Shown one piece after another: positions 23,081 to 31,995 of a stretch of DNA of 41,911 nucleotides. Each line of letters starts with the position of its first letter. Position 1 is the stretch's first letter. The position numbers and the translations under genes were made by a program. Below the pieces are notes generated by a model. That model ran no database searches, had not been told where the DNA came from, and was given only the letters and a program-made list of their open reading frames with translations. The stretch comes from Candidatus Avilachnospira sp. (lineage in GTDB: Bacteria > Bacillota > Clostridia > Lachnospirales > Lachnospiraceae). The stretch lies in contig JAZUHZ010000251.1 of assembly GCA_045642005.1 (NCBI GenBank), forward strand, positions 1 through 41,911. Reading direction: 5' to 3'.

Positions 23081-23729
23081 CGTTTTTGATACCGCCTCTC
23101 ATAATATCCTGGATATATAATCCATCGTCTTCCTTTTCAGGCATTTCCAAATACATACGATTTGCTTCATCGTCGCGTGATTTGCGAAGAACATAGAATG
23201 TATCCTTCTCTGCCACATCAAAGCCTTCGTATTTCAATGTTGAAAATGCAAACTTCGACTTGATAACGATTTGTTCTCCGAGCTTTCCGAGTCGCATGGC
23301 ACGCGACAATTGTTCAACCGAAATACCGTTGTTCAGGAAGGATTCCGCATAATCAAAATACGAATCGTCTGCACAATATCCGGTTATCAGCTCAAGTGCA
23401 TTCACATTGACTCCGAAGTTGTCGAGCAAATATCGTTTGGCCCTTTTTGCGACCGGCGTTTTTATCGAAAACAATCTGTATTCGACCAAAACCGCGATCC
23501 AGTTAAGTATTGTGTAGTCAGGGCTGTTCAGATTTAATACTTTTAGATATTCTGTGTCCAAAGTATATCTGTTTGAAAAGCCGTTTCGAAGAGATGATAC
23601 AGCCCATTCCTTTGCCAGAGCCTCGTTCTCGGTGCAGTAAAAGCCAGGTCCGAAATCGTTATTCTTTTTTCCTTTTCCGAATTCAGGCACTTCTACGATT
23701 TTCTCGGAGCCATGATATATTGTAATCAA
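23046..23729 (-). CDS. DUF3990-like protein
   Basis: The N-terminus IYHGSEKIVEVPEFGKGKKNNDFGPGFYCTENEALAKEWA matches my recollection of the DUF3990 family. It has a TTG start with no clear SD. Confidence 0.6.
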   Translation of the reverse strand: MITIYHGSEKIVEVPEFGKGKKNNDFGPGFYCTENEALAKEWAVSSLRNGFSNRYTLDTEYLKVLNLNSPDYTILNWIAVLVEYRLFSIKTPVAKRAKRYLLDNFGVNVNALELITGYCADDSYFDYAESFLNNGISVEQLSRAMRLGKLGEQIVIKSKFAFSTLKYEGFDVAEKDTFYVLRKSRDDEANRMYLEMPEKEDDGLYIQDIMRGGIKNDDPRIPRNISE

Positions 23730-23867
23730 CTTACCCGTGGTATTGCCCTCCGTTCCATTGTTACCGAGATTATATCACTATGGTGATAGTTTTACAAGAG
23801 GAATGGTCTCCGTTATGATACTCATTCCGCAGGCACCTGTCCGCTTGCCAAAAAGCGGTAATATCGT

Positions 23868-24560
23868 TCAAATTTCCTTTTTCCCGGGTCCCTGCCCGAA
23901 TGTTTTCCGATAGATCCGGTAAAAAGTGGAATAATCCGTGAAGCCGCATTTTTCTGCGGCTTCATTTGCATTCATCCCGTCCTGTATCAGCAGAAAGGCA
24001 CGGTTGATGCGTTTTTCGCAGATGTATCTGTGCGGCGTGAAGCCTGTGATATCCCGGAAGCGCCGGGTAAGGCTGGAGCGTGAAATAAAAAACCGGCGGC
24101 ATAACATGTCAACGGAAAGAGTCTCTGCCAGATTGTCCTGAATATATTCGATCACGCGTGTTACAACAGGATCAACATCATCAAATTCACGGCTTCCTCC
24201 GATAAGCCCCGGCTTTTCAAAATATTTTCCGGCTCCAATGGTTTCGGCCGCTTCCGTGGAGATCCACAGGACATACCGCTTATACGGGATCTTTTCCGAG
24301 ATCAGCGGCTGATGGATCTCAAAAGCCGGGATGATCAGCACATCCCCCGGGCGCATCCGGTAACTTTTTCCTTCGATGACATACCGGAGATCTCCGCTCA
24401 GAAACACGATCACTTTGTGAAAATCATGGTAATGCGGGGCAATCTTTTCTTTCTCCAGACTGTCCAGAAAAAAGGCCCGGAATCCCTCCTTCAGATATCC
24501 CCGCTTTACGACATCGTCAGGATTGATCGCGCTTTGATTCAGAGTCGTATTGTTTTCCAT
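23868..24560 (-). CDS. AraC-family transcriptional regulator with an N-terminal cupin domain
   Basis: Cupin region (HYHDFHKVIVFLSGDLRYVIEGKSYRMRPGDVLIIP) plus a C-terminal AraC HTH (FTPHRYICEKRINRAFLLIQ..FTDYSTFYRIYRKTFG). Confidence 0.85.
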   Translation of the reverse strand: MENNTTLNQSAINPDDVVKRGYLKEGFRAFFLDSLEKEKIAPHYHDFHKVIVFLSGDLRYVIEGKSYRMRPGDVLIIPAFEIHQPLISEKIPYKRYVLWISTEAAETIGAGKYFEKPGLIGGSREFDDVDPVVTRVIEYIQDNLAETLSVDMLCRRFFISRSSLTRRFRDITGFTPHRYICEKRINRAFLLIQDGMNANEAAEKCGFTDYSTFYRIYRKTFGQGPGKKEI

Positions 24561-24724
24561 TCCGCGTCTTTCTCCCTTCTTCCTTCCTCTCCTTTTCCCT
24601 CTTCTCTATGATTATACGCTACAAAACGCAAAGATTAAAGCATAAACTGCAATAAAACATTTCATTATGTACTGATATAATCAAGAGCAAAGGTACTTAT
24701 ATTCTTTCTATAGGGAGGTAGGAT

Positions 24725-25972
24725 ATGGAAAAACAATCGATCAGGAAGAACTACCGGTTTCTTGGCATCATGACAGGCGCCATGGTGCTTGGATGCGTGA
24801 CCGGCGCCGCGGCACCCGGCTTTGCTTCTGCCATTTCTCCGCTTGGAACCGTGTTCATCAACATGATGTTCTGTATCGTGGTTCCGCTGGTATTTTCATC
24901 GATCGCAGGTTCCATCGCAAGCATGAAAAGCCGCAAACGGGCCGGAAAGATCCTCGGAACCACCCTGGTCATATTTGTGGCCACCGGTGCTATTGCGGCT
25001 GCCATCATGTTCGTGCTCATGAAGATCTTTCCGCCGGTACTGAGTGCCTGGGAAACCGTGGAAGCAGAGGAAATCGGCGATTACGCCACCATGAGCGAAC
25101 TGATCGTCAATTTCTTTACGGCCGGTGATTTTGTGGGACTTCTTTCCAGAAAGGCCATGCTGCCGCTGATCGTTTTCTCAGTGCTCTTCGGGTTTTCCGT
25201 TAACTTAAACGGCGGTCCGGACACCCCGGTTGCGAAGTTCCTTTCCGATCTGACGAATGTGATGCTGAAATTTGTAAAAATCATCACGTATTATGCGCCG
25301 GTGGCTTTCTTTGCCATCTTCGCCGGCCTGGTGGCGGATTACGGCCCACAGCTGGTCGCCGGTTCCTACGGAAGAGCCCTTATGGTATATTATCCGCTTT
25401 GCTTTATCTATGTCTTTACTGCTTTCCCTCTCTTTGCCGCGTTTGGCGGCGGAAAGGGCGCGGCAAAGGTGATGTTCTCCCATCTCACCCGTCCCGTGGT
25501 CGTATCTCTTGGAACCTGTTCTTCTGTGGCGACCATTCCCACAAATCTGCAGGAAGCCGCGGAGACCGGCATCTCGAAAGATGTCGCAGATATGGTCATC
25601 CCGCTTGGGGCTACCATGCATATGGACGGGTCCTGCTTCTCCTGCGTATTAAAGATCGCCTTTGTTTTCGGCGTGTTCGGTCAGCAGCTTTCCTTCTCTC
25701 AGTTCCTTCCGGTCATCCTGACAGCTGTACTTTCCTCTGTGGGAATGTCCGGCGTTCCGGGCGGCGGCTATATCGGTGAATACATTATCTGCTCCATTTT
25801 CTTTGCCGATCATATGGAGATCGCCTTCCCTATCCTGGTGGCCATAGGCAACCTTATTGACCCGCCGGCAACCATGATCAACGCTTCGGGCGACTATGTG
25901 GTTTCCTATATCGTATCCCGATATGCGGACGGAAAAGACTGGCTCCAGAAACAGCTTCATAAGAAGGTGTGA
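24725..25972 (+). CDS. Dicarboxylate/amino acid:cation symporter (DAACS family)
   Basis: Polytopic protein with DAACS signatures (SSVATIPTNLQEAAE..IPLGATMHMDGS; GVPGGG; DPPATMINASGD). It is divergent from the AraC gene. Confidence 0.8.
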   Translation: MEKQSIRKNYRFLGIMTGAMVLGCVTGAAAPGFASAISPLGTVFINMMFCIVVPLVFSSIAGSIASMKSRKRAGKILGTTLVIFVATGAIAAAIMFVLMKIFPPVLSAWETVEAEEIGDYATMSELIVNFFTAGDFVGLLSRKAMLPLIVFSVLFGFSVNLNGGPDTPVAKFLSDLTNVMLKFVKIITYYAPVAFFAIFAGLVADYGPQLVAGSYGRALMVYYPLCFIYVFTAFPLFAAFGGGKGAAKVMFSHLTRPVVVSLGTCSSVATIPTNLQEAAETGISKDVADMVIPLGATMHMDGSCFSCVLKIAFVFGVFGQQLSFSQFLPVILTAVLSSVGMSGVPGGGYIGEYIICSIFFADHMEIAFPILVAIGNLIDPPATMINASGDYVVSYIVSRYADGKDWLQKQLHKKV

Positions 25973-26007
25973 TTCCTGTACTTATCCGGAACCAACTGCA
26001 AAAAAAT

Positions 26008-26032
26008 CTCCCGCATCGTTTCCGCTGCGGGA
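26008..26032. terminator. Hairpin after the symporter gene (TCCCGCA / TGCGGGA)
   Basis: 7-bp stem. An A-run lies upstream and there is no T-run downstream on the plus strand, so its function and orientation are uncertain. Confidence 0.3.
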
Positions 26033-26110
26033 AACAGAATCTCTCATCCCTATAAGCTGAATGATCATGACCATGATGCAGACGCCAGGGTTCCGCGGGA
26101 AAGACTCCGG

Positions 26111-26139
26111 TTGCAAAATCGGAAGGCGCGTGCTATATT
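26111..26139 (+). promoter_or_regulatory. Sigma-A-type promoter (TTGCAA, 17 nt, TATATT)
   Basis: Hexamers at 26111-26116 and 26134-26139, about 35 nt upstream of the hydrolase start. Confidence 0.5.
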
Positions 26140-26173
26140 AGTGGAACTTTCTACCAATTTATCAGGAGGGCAG

Positions 26174-26956
26174 ATGAGTAAAGAGAAATCAGCAAAGAGA
26201 AAAGCCGTTCGCAGAACGGTTCTGATCATCGTTGCCGCCATGGTCCTGCTATCTGCTGTGATCGTCGGAATGTGCCTCTTTAATGAACGACCCGCAGTGC
26301 ATACGATCACAGAATATCAGAGTACCTATTGTGATACGGCCATAAACATTGCAGGTGACAGCGGTGTGGAGATTCTCCCGCGGAACGAAGTTGCGGATAC
26401 CGGTCTTATCTTCTATGTCGGCGCGCAGATCACACCGGACGCCTATATCCCGCTTCTTGCGCGGATCGCGGAGCAGGGATACACCTGTTTCATTCCGAAC
26501 CTCTCCTTCAATATGGCGGCGCTTGAACCAAAAGCTGCTGATGAGATTATCTCAGCGCACCCGGAGATCAGGTCATGGATTCTTGCCGGGCATTCGATGG
26601 GCGGGCTGACCGCCGCCGGCTATGCCGACGATCACCGGGATACGGTTGACGGTCTGATCATTCTGGCCGCCTACACAGGCCGTGATATGAGCGACGCTGT
26701 ATTGCCGGTACTTTCTGTATTCGGTGACGCCGACGGCGTGATAAACATGAGCCATTATGAAGAGCGGAAAGCATGGCTCCCCGCCGGTTTCGAGGAGCAC
26801 ATCCTCCCGGGCGCCAATCACGCGCAGTACGGGGATTACGGGAAGCAGCCCCGCGACTATGATGCCGGAATTTCCGCTGAGGAACAAAAGACGCAGACGG
26901 CAGCCATCATTCTCGACTGGCTTGAGAGACATTTCCCGGAGGGTGACAGCCAATGA
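26174..26956 (+). CDS. Membrane-anchored alpha/beta hydrolase
   Basis: N-terminal TM helix and the nucleophile elbow GHSMGG. An AGGAGGG RBS precedes the ATG at 26174, and the ORF is open from 26111. Confidence 0.75.
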   Translation: MSKEKSAKRKAVRRTVLIIVAAMVLLSAVIVGMCLFNERPAVHTITEYQSTYCDTAINIAGDSGVEILPRNEVADTGLIFYVGAQITPDAYIPLLARIAEQGYTCFIPNLSFNMAALEPKAADEIISAHPEIRSWILAGHSMGGLTAAGYADDHRDTVDGLIILAAYTGRDMSDAVLPVLSVFGDADGVINMSHYEERKAWLPAGFEEHILPGANHAQYGDYGKQPRDYDAGISAEEQKTQTAAIILDWLERHFPEGDSQ

Positions 26957-27102
26957 GCAGTAAACCGAAAATGACAAAAGATAAGTGTACAGGAATTACT
27001 CCGGGTAAAGAAGATCCGCATGCGGATCTGTCTCCCGAGGAACTGTCCAGAATGCTCACTCCGGCACAGAAAAAACAGGTTGCTGCAGGCAGACTCACCT
27101 GA
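26953..27102 (+). CDS. Possible 49-aa hydrophilic protein translationally coupled to the hydrolase gene
   Basis: Read by hand. There is an ATGA start/stop overlap with the upstream gene. No family recognised. Confidence 0.3.
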   Translation: MSSKPKMTKDKCTGITPGKEDPHADLSPEELSRMLTPAQKKQVAAGRLT

Positions 27103-27598
27103 AAAGCAGTCTCTTTTTTGCTTCCTGTATCTTACTGAGCTTTCCGGTGACGTACAAAACGCCCATTACCATTGCAGCTAATGCAAATCCGGCAGTTGCA
27201 CCTATGCCAAAGCCACTCCAGAATGTCTCCGGGAGCTCCAAAAAATTAAGTGCCTGATTTGCTATAAGAGCTATGATCCCTGCAATAAAATAAATCAGTG
27301 TCACATTTGCCATTTTTGTTTTTTCCGCATTGCTGTATTCAGCCGCTTTGATCACAGTATCTTCTAATTCCCTGTCCATTCTCTCACTTTTCCTTTCTCC
27401 GTCAAACAGTTCTCTCAGATCCACGTCAAAGTAATCGGCCATTTCCACAAGAATATCAAGATCCGGCATATTGGCTCCGGTCTCCCACCGGGATACCGTT
27501 CGTCTTGCCACGTTGAAATGTTCAGCCAGTTCCTCCTGTGTCAGATTTTTTTCTTTGCGCAGATCTTTTATGAAGCTTCCAATTTTACTCTGATCCAT
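27095..27598 (-). CDS. XRE-family HTH protein with C-terminal transmembrane segments
   Basis: HTH: IKDLRKEKNLTQEELAEHFNVARRTVSRWETG. Two C-terminal hydrophobic helices. An AAAGGAG RBS precedes the Met at 27598, and the ORF is open to 27694. Confidence 0.8.
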   Translation of the reverse strand: MDQSKIGSFIKDLRKEKNLTQEELAEHFNVARRTVSRWETGANMPDLDILVEMADYFDVDLRELFDGERKSERMDRELEDTVIKAAEYSNAEKTKMANVTLIYFIAGIIALIANQALNFLELPETFWSGFGIGATAGFALAAMVMGVLYVTGKLSKIQEAKKRLLFR

Positions 27599-27802
27599 TT
27601 GATCTCCTTTCGAGCAGAGGATACCTGAATCTGTTAATGAAATACAGGACATAAAGTGAGCAAATGCCTGTTTTTTCCAAATGAGACAAGACATGTCTCT
27701 TTAAGATCCTTTATACAGACGATAGAATTTATGTCTTATGATTGACTGTTTTTATCTTGAGCAAGCGGAATCATACGACGTTCATTCTGCCGTTATTCTC
27801 CA

Positions 27803-28291
27803 TTACCGTGATCTCAGCACCGCCCGGTAGAGATGGTATTCCTGTGTCACGATACAGGCTGACTGCACCTCAAATACCGCTTTGGCCCGGTACATGGTCT
27901 CATAGGTGGAAAAGCCGGCATGATCCATAAAGATATTTTTGGAAGGAACTCCTTCCTTTATTGCGTAATCCTTCATGGCGTTGACCTCGTCATAGGTAAT
28001 TCTTCCGTGGTCACCGCTCATGAGAAGTTTTTTGCTGACGCCTTCTTTGTAAAGTCTGATCGCACAGTCAAGGCGTGCTTTCAGCATCTGTTTCGGTTCT
28101 CCGTCATCCGTAAGCCCGCATCCAAGGACAAGGAGGCAGTCATACTGTCCTTCCGGCAGCCTGTCCCGGGTTATTTTCTTCCCGGAAGAAACTTTTACGA
28201 AGGTATTTCCGCAGAGCGCAAGAACCAGAAGGAAAAGGAGGCAACCGGCTGCCGCTTTTATGATTCGGGATGCTTTCTTTTTCCCTGTCAT
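27803..28291 (-). CDS. SanA/YdcF (DUF218) family protein
   Basis: N-terminal TM helix and DUF218-like motifs (LLVLGCGL...LLMSGDHG..YDEVNAMK). Confidence 0.75.
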   Translation of the reverse strand: MTGKKKASRIIKAAAGCLLFLLVLALCGNTFVKVSSGKKITRDRLPEGQYDCLLVLGCGLTDDGEPKQMLKARLDCAIRLYKEGVSKKLLMSGDHGRITYDEVNAMKDYAIKEGVPSKNIFMDHAGFSTYETMYRAKAVFEVQSACIVTQEYHLYRAVLRSR

Positions 28292-28360
28292 TTGGAAAGA
28301 ACTTCCTTCATTTCATATTTGATGTCTGCCATTTGTATCTCCCTGAAGTTTTATTCCCTG

Positions 28361-28957
28361 CTATATCGTTATGTCTGTCAATATGGCCCTGCATGGAGCA
28401 CCTTCACATCCGTTCAGAAGAATCGGTGCGCAGTTAAGATGATATACTCCCTCCGGAACTGCTGCAAGGCGGATCCCCTCAAGCAGTACGGCTTCCGCTC
28501 TCAGGAGGATCAGGTGTACTTCCATAGGAGCCTCCACAGGGCCTACAGACTGAGACTCATTGCCGAGAAGAAAGACGCCGGCCGCAGCAAACACCTCTGC
28601 AGCCTCTTTGGAAATCACTGCCTTTCCCTTGATCAGGATACGCCGGACGGCATCCCTTGATGCTCTTTCTGCTTTATTCAGTATCTCTTTCGCGTCTTTT
28701 CCGGAAAGCAATCCTTCGTGCTCTGCTACAAAGGCAGGGCCGATGAAACGTATCAGGTCAATCTCCTCAATACATTTTCCATCCTTCAGAAAATGGGATG
28801 GGGCGTCCACATGCGTCCCGTTATGGGTACACATCGAAAAATCCGTGAGATTATAAAGATCTCCGCTTTCGATACTGCAGATCTGCTTTTTTTGAGGAAT
28901 GCTGTCTCCGGGATAGATTTCACATCCGAAAACAGGCTGGGAAATGTCATAGATCAT
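28361..28957 (-). CDS. Cyclase-family protein (kynurenine formamidase-like)
   Basis: Metal-binding motif CTHNGTHVDAPSHF. The probable start is MIYDISQP at 28957, preceded by a GGGGGA RBS. The ORF is open to 29179, but that extension is Arg-rich and not protein-like. Confidence 0.75.
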   Translation of the reverse strand: MIYDISQPVFGCEIYPGDSIPQKKQICSIESGDLYNLTDFSMCTHNGTHVDAPSHFLKDGKCIEEIDLIRFIGPAFVAEHEGLLSGKDAKEILNKAERASRDAVRRILIKGKAVISKEAAEVFAAAGVFLLGNESQSVGPVEAPMEVHLILLRAEAVLLEGIRLAAVPEGVYHLNCAPILLNGCEGAPCRAILTDITI

Positions 28958-29185
28958 CCGGGTTCCCCCTATGTATGTGAATCTCGTTAGTTCTTTTCCG
29001 GCTTTCATCAGGGCTTCGTTCCACATGGAAGCGGGACGCACCCGGATCTGCCTCTCTCCGTAAAGGGCTTTTTCGCAGCCGCATGGTCGGAAGGCTCTTT
29101 CCCTGCGGTTCGTTTGACGGTGGTGTAGTGTTCGGGCTTCCCCGGTCAACTCCGGGTTACCAAATCCCTTCTCCATCACCTAAAA
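28958..29185 (-). other. Long (about 220 nt) GC-rich 5-prime leader with several local hairpins, a candidate cis-regulatory RNA of unknown class
   Basis: A possible promoter (TTCAAA, 18 nt, TATCAT) sits at about 29189-29218 on the minus strand. Hairpins include CCCGG-N7-CCGGG and TTCCA-TG-TGGAA. I could match no known riboswitch consensus. Confidence 0.3.
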
Positions 29186-29222
29186 TGATAGTCTTAATAT
29201 GCTGATTATTTGAATAATAGCT

Positions 29223-29708
29223 CTACTGCAATTCCTGCAAAAAAGTCTGCATGCGCACGGTTGCTAATTCATCCTTTTTCATGGAGACCAGTTCATCGCG
29301 GCTTATCCATTGATACGCTACGGTTTCACCTTCCTGCAGCGTAATACTGTCTTTCTTACAGTCTGTAATGCATAGAAATTCGCAATAAATGGTATCGTGA
29401 CTTCTTACTCTCCCTACTTCAACCAGGTTTCCAGCTGTGATTCCTGTCTCCTCGTGCAGTTCTCTTATGGCACATTCCAGGGGGGATTCGTTCTGTAACG
29501 CAGAACCGCCGGCTGTAGCTTCCCACATACCGCCATACTGCTTATTCCAATCCCGCTGCATCAGCAGATAACTTCCGTCTGTGTGTCTGACAATAATATC
29601 GCTGACTAAATGAAAAACTCCGTCAGGGATTTTCTCACCGCGAATCAGCGACATATTCTGTATTTTTTTGAAATCCTTATCATAAGCGTCCCACAGTTCC
29701 ATATTCAT
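29223..29708 (-). CDS. NUDIX hydrolase
   Basis: Nudix box GGSALQNESPLECAIRELHEETGI. The start is the ATG at 29708 or 29702. Confidence 0.85.
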   Translation of the reverse strand: MNMELWDAYDKDFKKIQNMSLIRGEKIPDGVFHLVSDIIVRHTDGSYLLMQRDWNKQYGGMWEATAGGSALQNESPLECAIRELHEETGITAGNLVEVGRVRSHDTIYCEFLCITDCKKDSITLQEGETVAYQWISRDELVSMKKDELATVRMQTFLQELQ

Positions 29709-29952
29709 ACACCCCTGTTTGTTCTTCCGAAAGCAAGCGACAGTTTAACTCATATAGTGCAGTCCTATTTGAGTCCCGGGTAAGTCTTAATTTTGCTTCC
29801 TCATAGTTCAGCCATTTATAATCAACGTGCTCGCTCGACAAATGGATAGAAGTATCACATTCAAAGCCAAACGCATACTCAGGAATAACAATCCGACTGC
29901 TCTTATCGAAGCAGTTCTTCCGGAGAGAGAAGGGGCATTCCCAGATCGGCAA
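29680..29952 (-). pseudogene. C-terminal fragment of a second NUDIX-family gene, with no Nudix box
   Basis: IPEYAFGFECDTSIHLSSEHVDYKWLNYEEAKLRL..ALYELNCRL resembles the C-terminal part of NudB-like proteins. The ORF start overlaps the 3-prime end of the PIN gene. Confidence 0.4.
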
Positions 29953-30298
29953 AATCCTTTTTGTTTCTGGTCACAATGGCATTGCATCCATTGGATGCGG
30001 CGCAGGTCGCGAGAAGACAGTCTTCAAAATCCGGCGCATGTTTCGTATAGGCATTGAGCACATCCTCATTGGTAACAGTAAGCACTTTGACGATGTTCAG
30101 AATGCTTCCAAGCGCACTGTAGGCAAGTTCGGTGTTCTGAAGAGCTTTCCGGATGATATAAAAAATATCTGTGACACTGGATGCAGAAAGAAAGCCCTGA
30201 ACCTTTCCGTCTTCACAGAGCCTTAAAACGGATTTTGAAGCTTCAAAAAACGGCTCTCTCCGAAGGAGAACATCCAGAAGGATATTTGTATCAATCAT
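29903..30298 (-). CDS. PIN-domain toxin (VapC-like)
   Basis: MIDTNILLDVLL start with the conserved acidic residues. There is an 8-nt overlap (ATGATTGA) with the upstream antitoxin gene. Confidence 0.8.
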   Translation of the reverse strand: MIDTNILLDVLLRREPFFEASKSVLRLCEDGKVQGFLSASSVTDIFYIIRKALQNTELAYSALGSILNIVKVLTVTNEDVLNAYTKHAPDFEDCLLATCAASNGCNAIVTRNKKDFADLGMPLLSPEELLR

Positions 30299-30521
30299 TA
30301 AGCTCGTATTTTTCAAACTGTTCCTCCCTGAGTGATTTTCGGTCAAGATCTTCGGGTACCTTTCCTGCGAGTATGCCGGAGATGGAGTCGACGGCTGAAA
30401 CCTGCGGGTTTACCACTTTTGCAACCGTCTTCCCGTTTCTGGTGATGAAGAGGTCCTCTGTGAGAATCATATCCAGATATTTTCCGAAATTTGTTTTAAA
30501 TTCTGTTGCGGTAACTACCAT
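30291..30521 (-). CDS. Phd/YefM-type antitoxin
   Basis: VTATEFKTNFGKYLDMILTEDLFITRNGKTVAKVV is the typical Phd/YefM N-terminus. RBS is AGGAGG. Confidence 0.8.
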   Translation of the reverse strand: MVVTATEFKTNFGKYLDMILTEDLFITRNGKTVAKVVNPQVSAVDSISGILAGKVPEDLDRKSLREEQFEKYELND

Positions 30522-30814
30522 GAGATGCCTCCTGATTCAGAGTTCAGAACTTTCTATCTGACGTAATTATAAACGATAAGGATGTAAAACACAAGGTAAA
30601 TCGAACGATACAATTCGATTATTTATAATATATCGAGCGATATGTTCTGTTCGATAACAAGATAATGTCCTTTTATCCTTAAGCCTTCCTAATAATATCT
30701 GACAATTCTATCAGCTTGCATTATTCAAAATCATCATAAAACATCGGCAGGTATCTCAGCTCATATTCCTGCATTCAATTTCCCTCTGAGCCCTGAAAAA
30801 ACCTCATCGTGCGT

Positions 30815-30911
30815 AAGACACCTTGTGTCTTCGGGCTTTTCGGAGATTTGCGGAAATCTCCCCGGTAAAGTGCGCTTCCGATAAAGGACGGAGCCCCGCT
30901 TTTTGCGGGGC
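30815..30911. repeat. Three consecutive perfect hairpins (30815-30831, 30842-30861, 30893-30911)
   Basis: AAGACAC-CTT-GTGTCTT; GGAGATTT-GCGG-AAATCTCC; GCCCCGC-TTTTT-GCGGGGC. The last may terminate the 30996-31613 gene. Confidence 0.5.
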
Positions 30912-30995
30912 CCCATGAAAATGCAGTATTCCTTTCCTGTCTGCAGATGCGGTTTTACTATTTTACATTCTGACTCTTAGTTTGTTTCCTGTTTT

Positions 30996-31613
30996 TTACA
31001 GCGATGCTTTTGCTTTGTCGTACTTCTCTTTTTCCATGCCGAGGATCCGACAGGCTTCTTCCAGTGTCACACTCAAATTCCGGGAACAGTTTTCAACAAC
31101 ATTTACAGTCTCCCGGGCATTTTCCTTCTCGGCTTCGTCAGCACGGGTCTCGGCTTTATCGGCACGGAGTGTCTCCTCTTTGGCGTACTCTTCGGCGTAC
31201 TCTTTTGCGTAATCCTTGGCGTAATCTTCTACCAGTTCACACATAACCTCTGTTCCTCCTTCTCCTTTCTTGTAACGGGCTTTCGTTTGGGATGTCTTTG
31301 GAAACTGCTCATAGTCATAGCTCTCCAGATCCGTAAAGATCTCCATGAGCTTTGCAATCCTGCTCCCGTCATCCACCGCAGCATTCACATAGATCTCTGT
31401 GAATCCGTTTTCCGCCACGCTCCCCGTCTCCCGGATCACCCGGTCGATATGATATGTTGTCTTTCCCTGCCCGAATACATCGAACCGGCTGATAAAGATG
31501 ATCACTTCCTCGCAGAACTCCAGATCCTCGGCCATTTTCCGGAACAGAGCGTCATCAATGACGTTGAGGGCTTCCACGATCTCCCGTATGGTTTTTTTGT
31601 TGTTTTCTTCCAT
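30996..31613 (-). CDS. Rpn/YhgA-like (PD-(D/E)XK putative transposase/nuclease family) protein that appears to lack the central nuclease core. It has a C-terminal DYAKDYAKEYAEEYAKEE repeat.
   Basis: The segment IFISRFDVFGQGKTTYHIDRV...EIYVNAA and the C-terminal ..GGTEVMCELVEDY resemble this family as I recall it. The conserved catalytic region expected between the N-terminus and IFIS is absent. Confidence 0.4.
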   Translation of the reverse strand: MEENNKKTIREIVEALNVIDDALFRKMAEDLEFCEEVIIFISRFDVFGQGKTTYHIDRVIRETGSVAENGFTEIYVNAAVDDGSRIAKLMEIFTDLESYDYEQFPKTSQTKARYKKGEGGTEVMCELVEDYAKDYAKEYAEEYAKEETLRADKAETRADEAEKENARETVNVVENCSRNLSVTLEEACRILGMEKEKYDKAKASL

Positions 31614-31995
31614 TTTCACCTCTTTGCGCTTTCTGCAGAGAGGCTCCGGGCTGTCTGCCCTTTGACTGCATCTTCGATCCTTTCAGAACCACCATTCGTG
31701 TGTGAGAACCACCTTTCGTGTGTATTCTGAAAAAGCACCGGTGATCCCGGTGCAGGAGATTCTTCTCCCGATAGAAAAGCCGGATGCTTTTCAGATTCGA
31801 AAATTTACAATTTGATTATAGCATAGTTTTGAAACACTCGCATAGTTTTTTTTGACTGTACGCCTCCTGAATTATTTAAGATTTCAGATCATGAAGGAGT
31901 CTTGCCCAAAAGGACTGTGCAAGGAAATACTTGCGCTCTGCCTGTTTAGTAAAGGAAAGGTGCCCATGATATGGCACCTTCCGTGATAAAGTACC

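Noticed and set aside
26065-26310. Minus-strand ORF 26065-26310 and the extended plus-strand start at 26111 for the hydrolase
   Set aside because: The minus-strand ORF is antisense to the hydrolase signal-anchor region. The plus-strand extension overlaps the predicted promoter, and a strong RBS supports the ATG at 26174.
28958-29179. N-terminal 74-codon extension of the cyclase-family ORF
   Set aside because: The extension is Arg-rich and not protein-like. Family members normally start near MIYD.., and a good RBS precedes the internal Met. I treat the extension as a leader instead.
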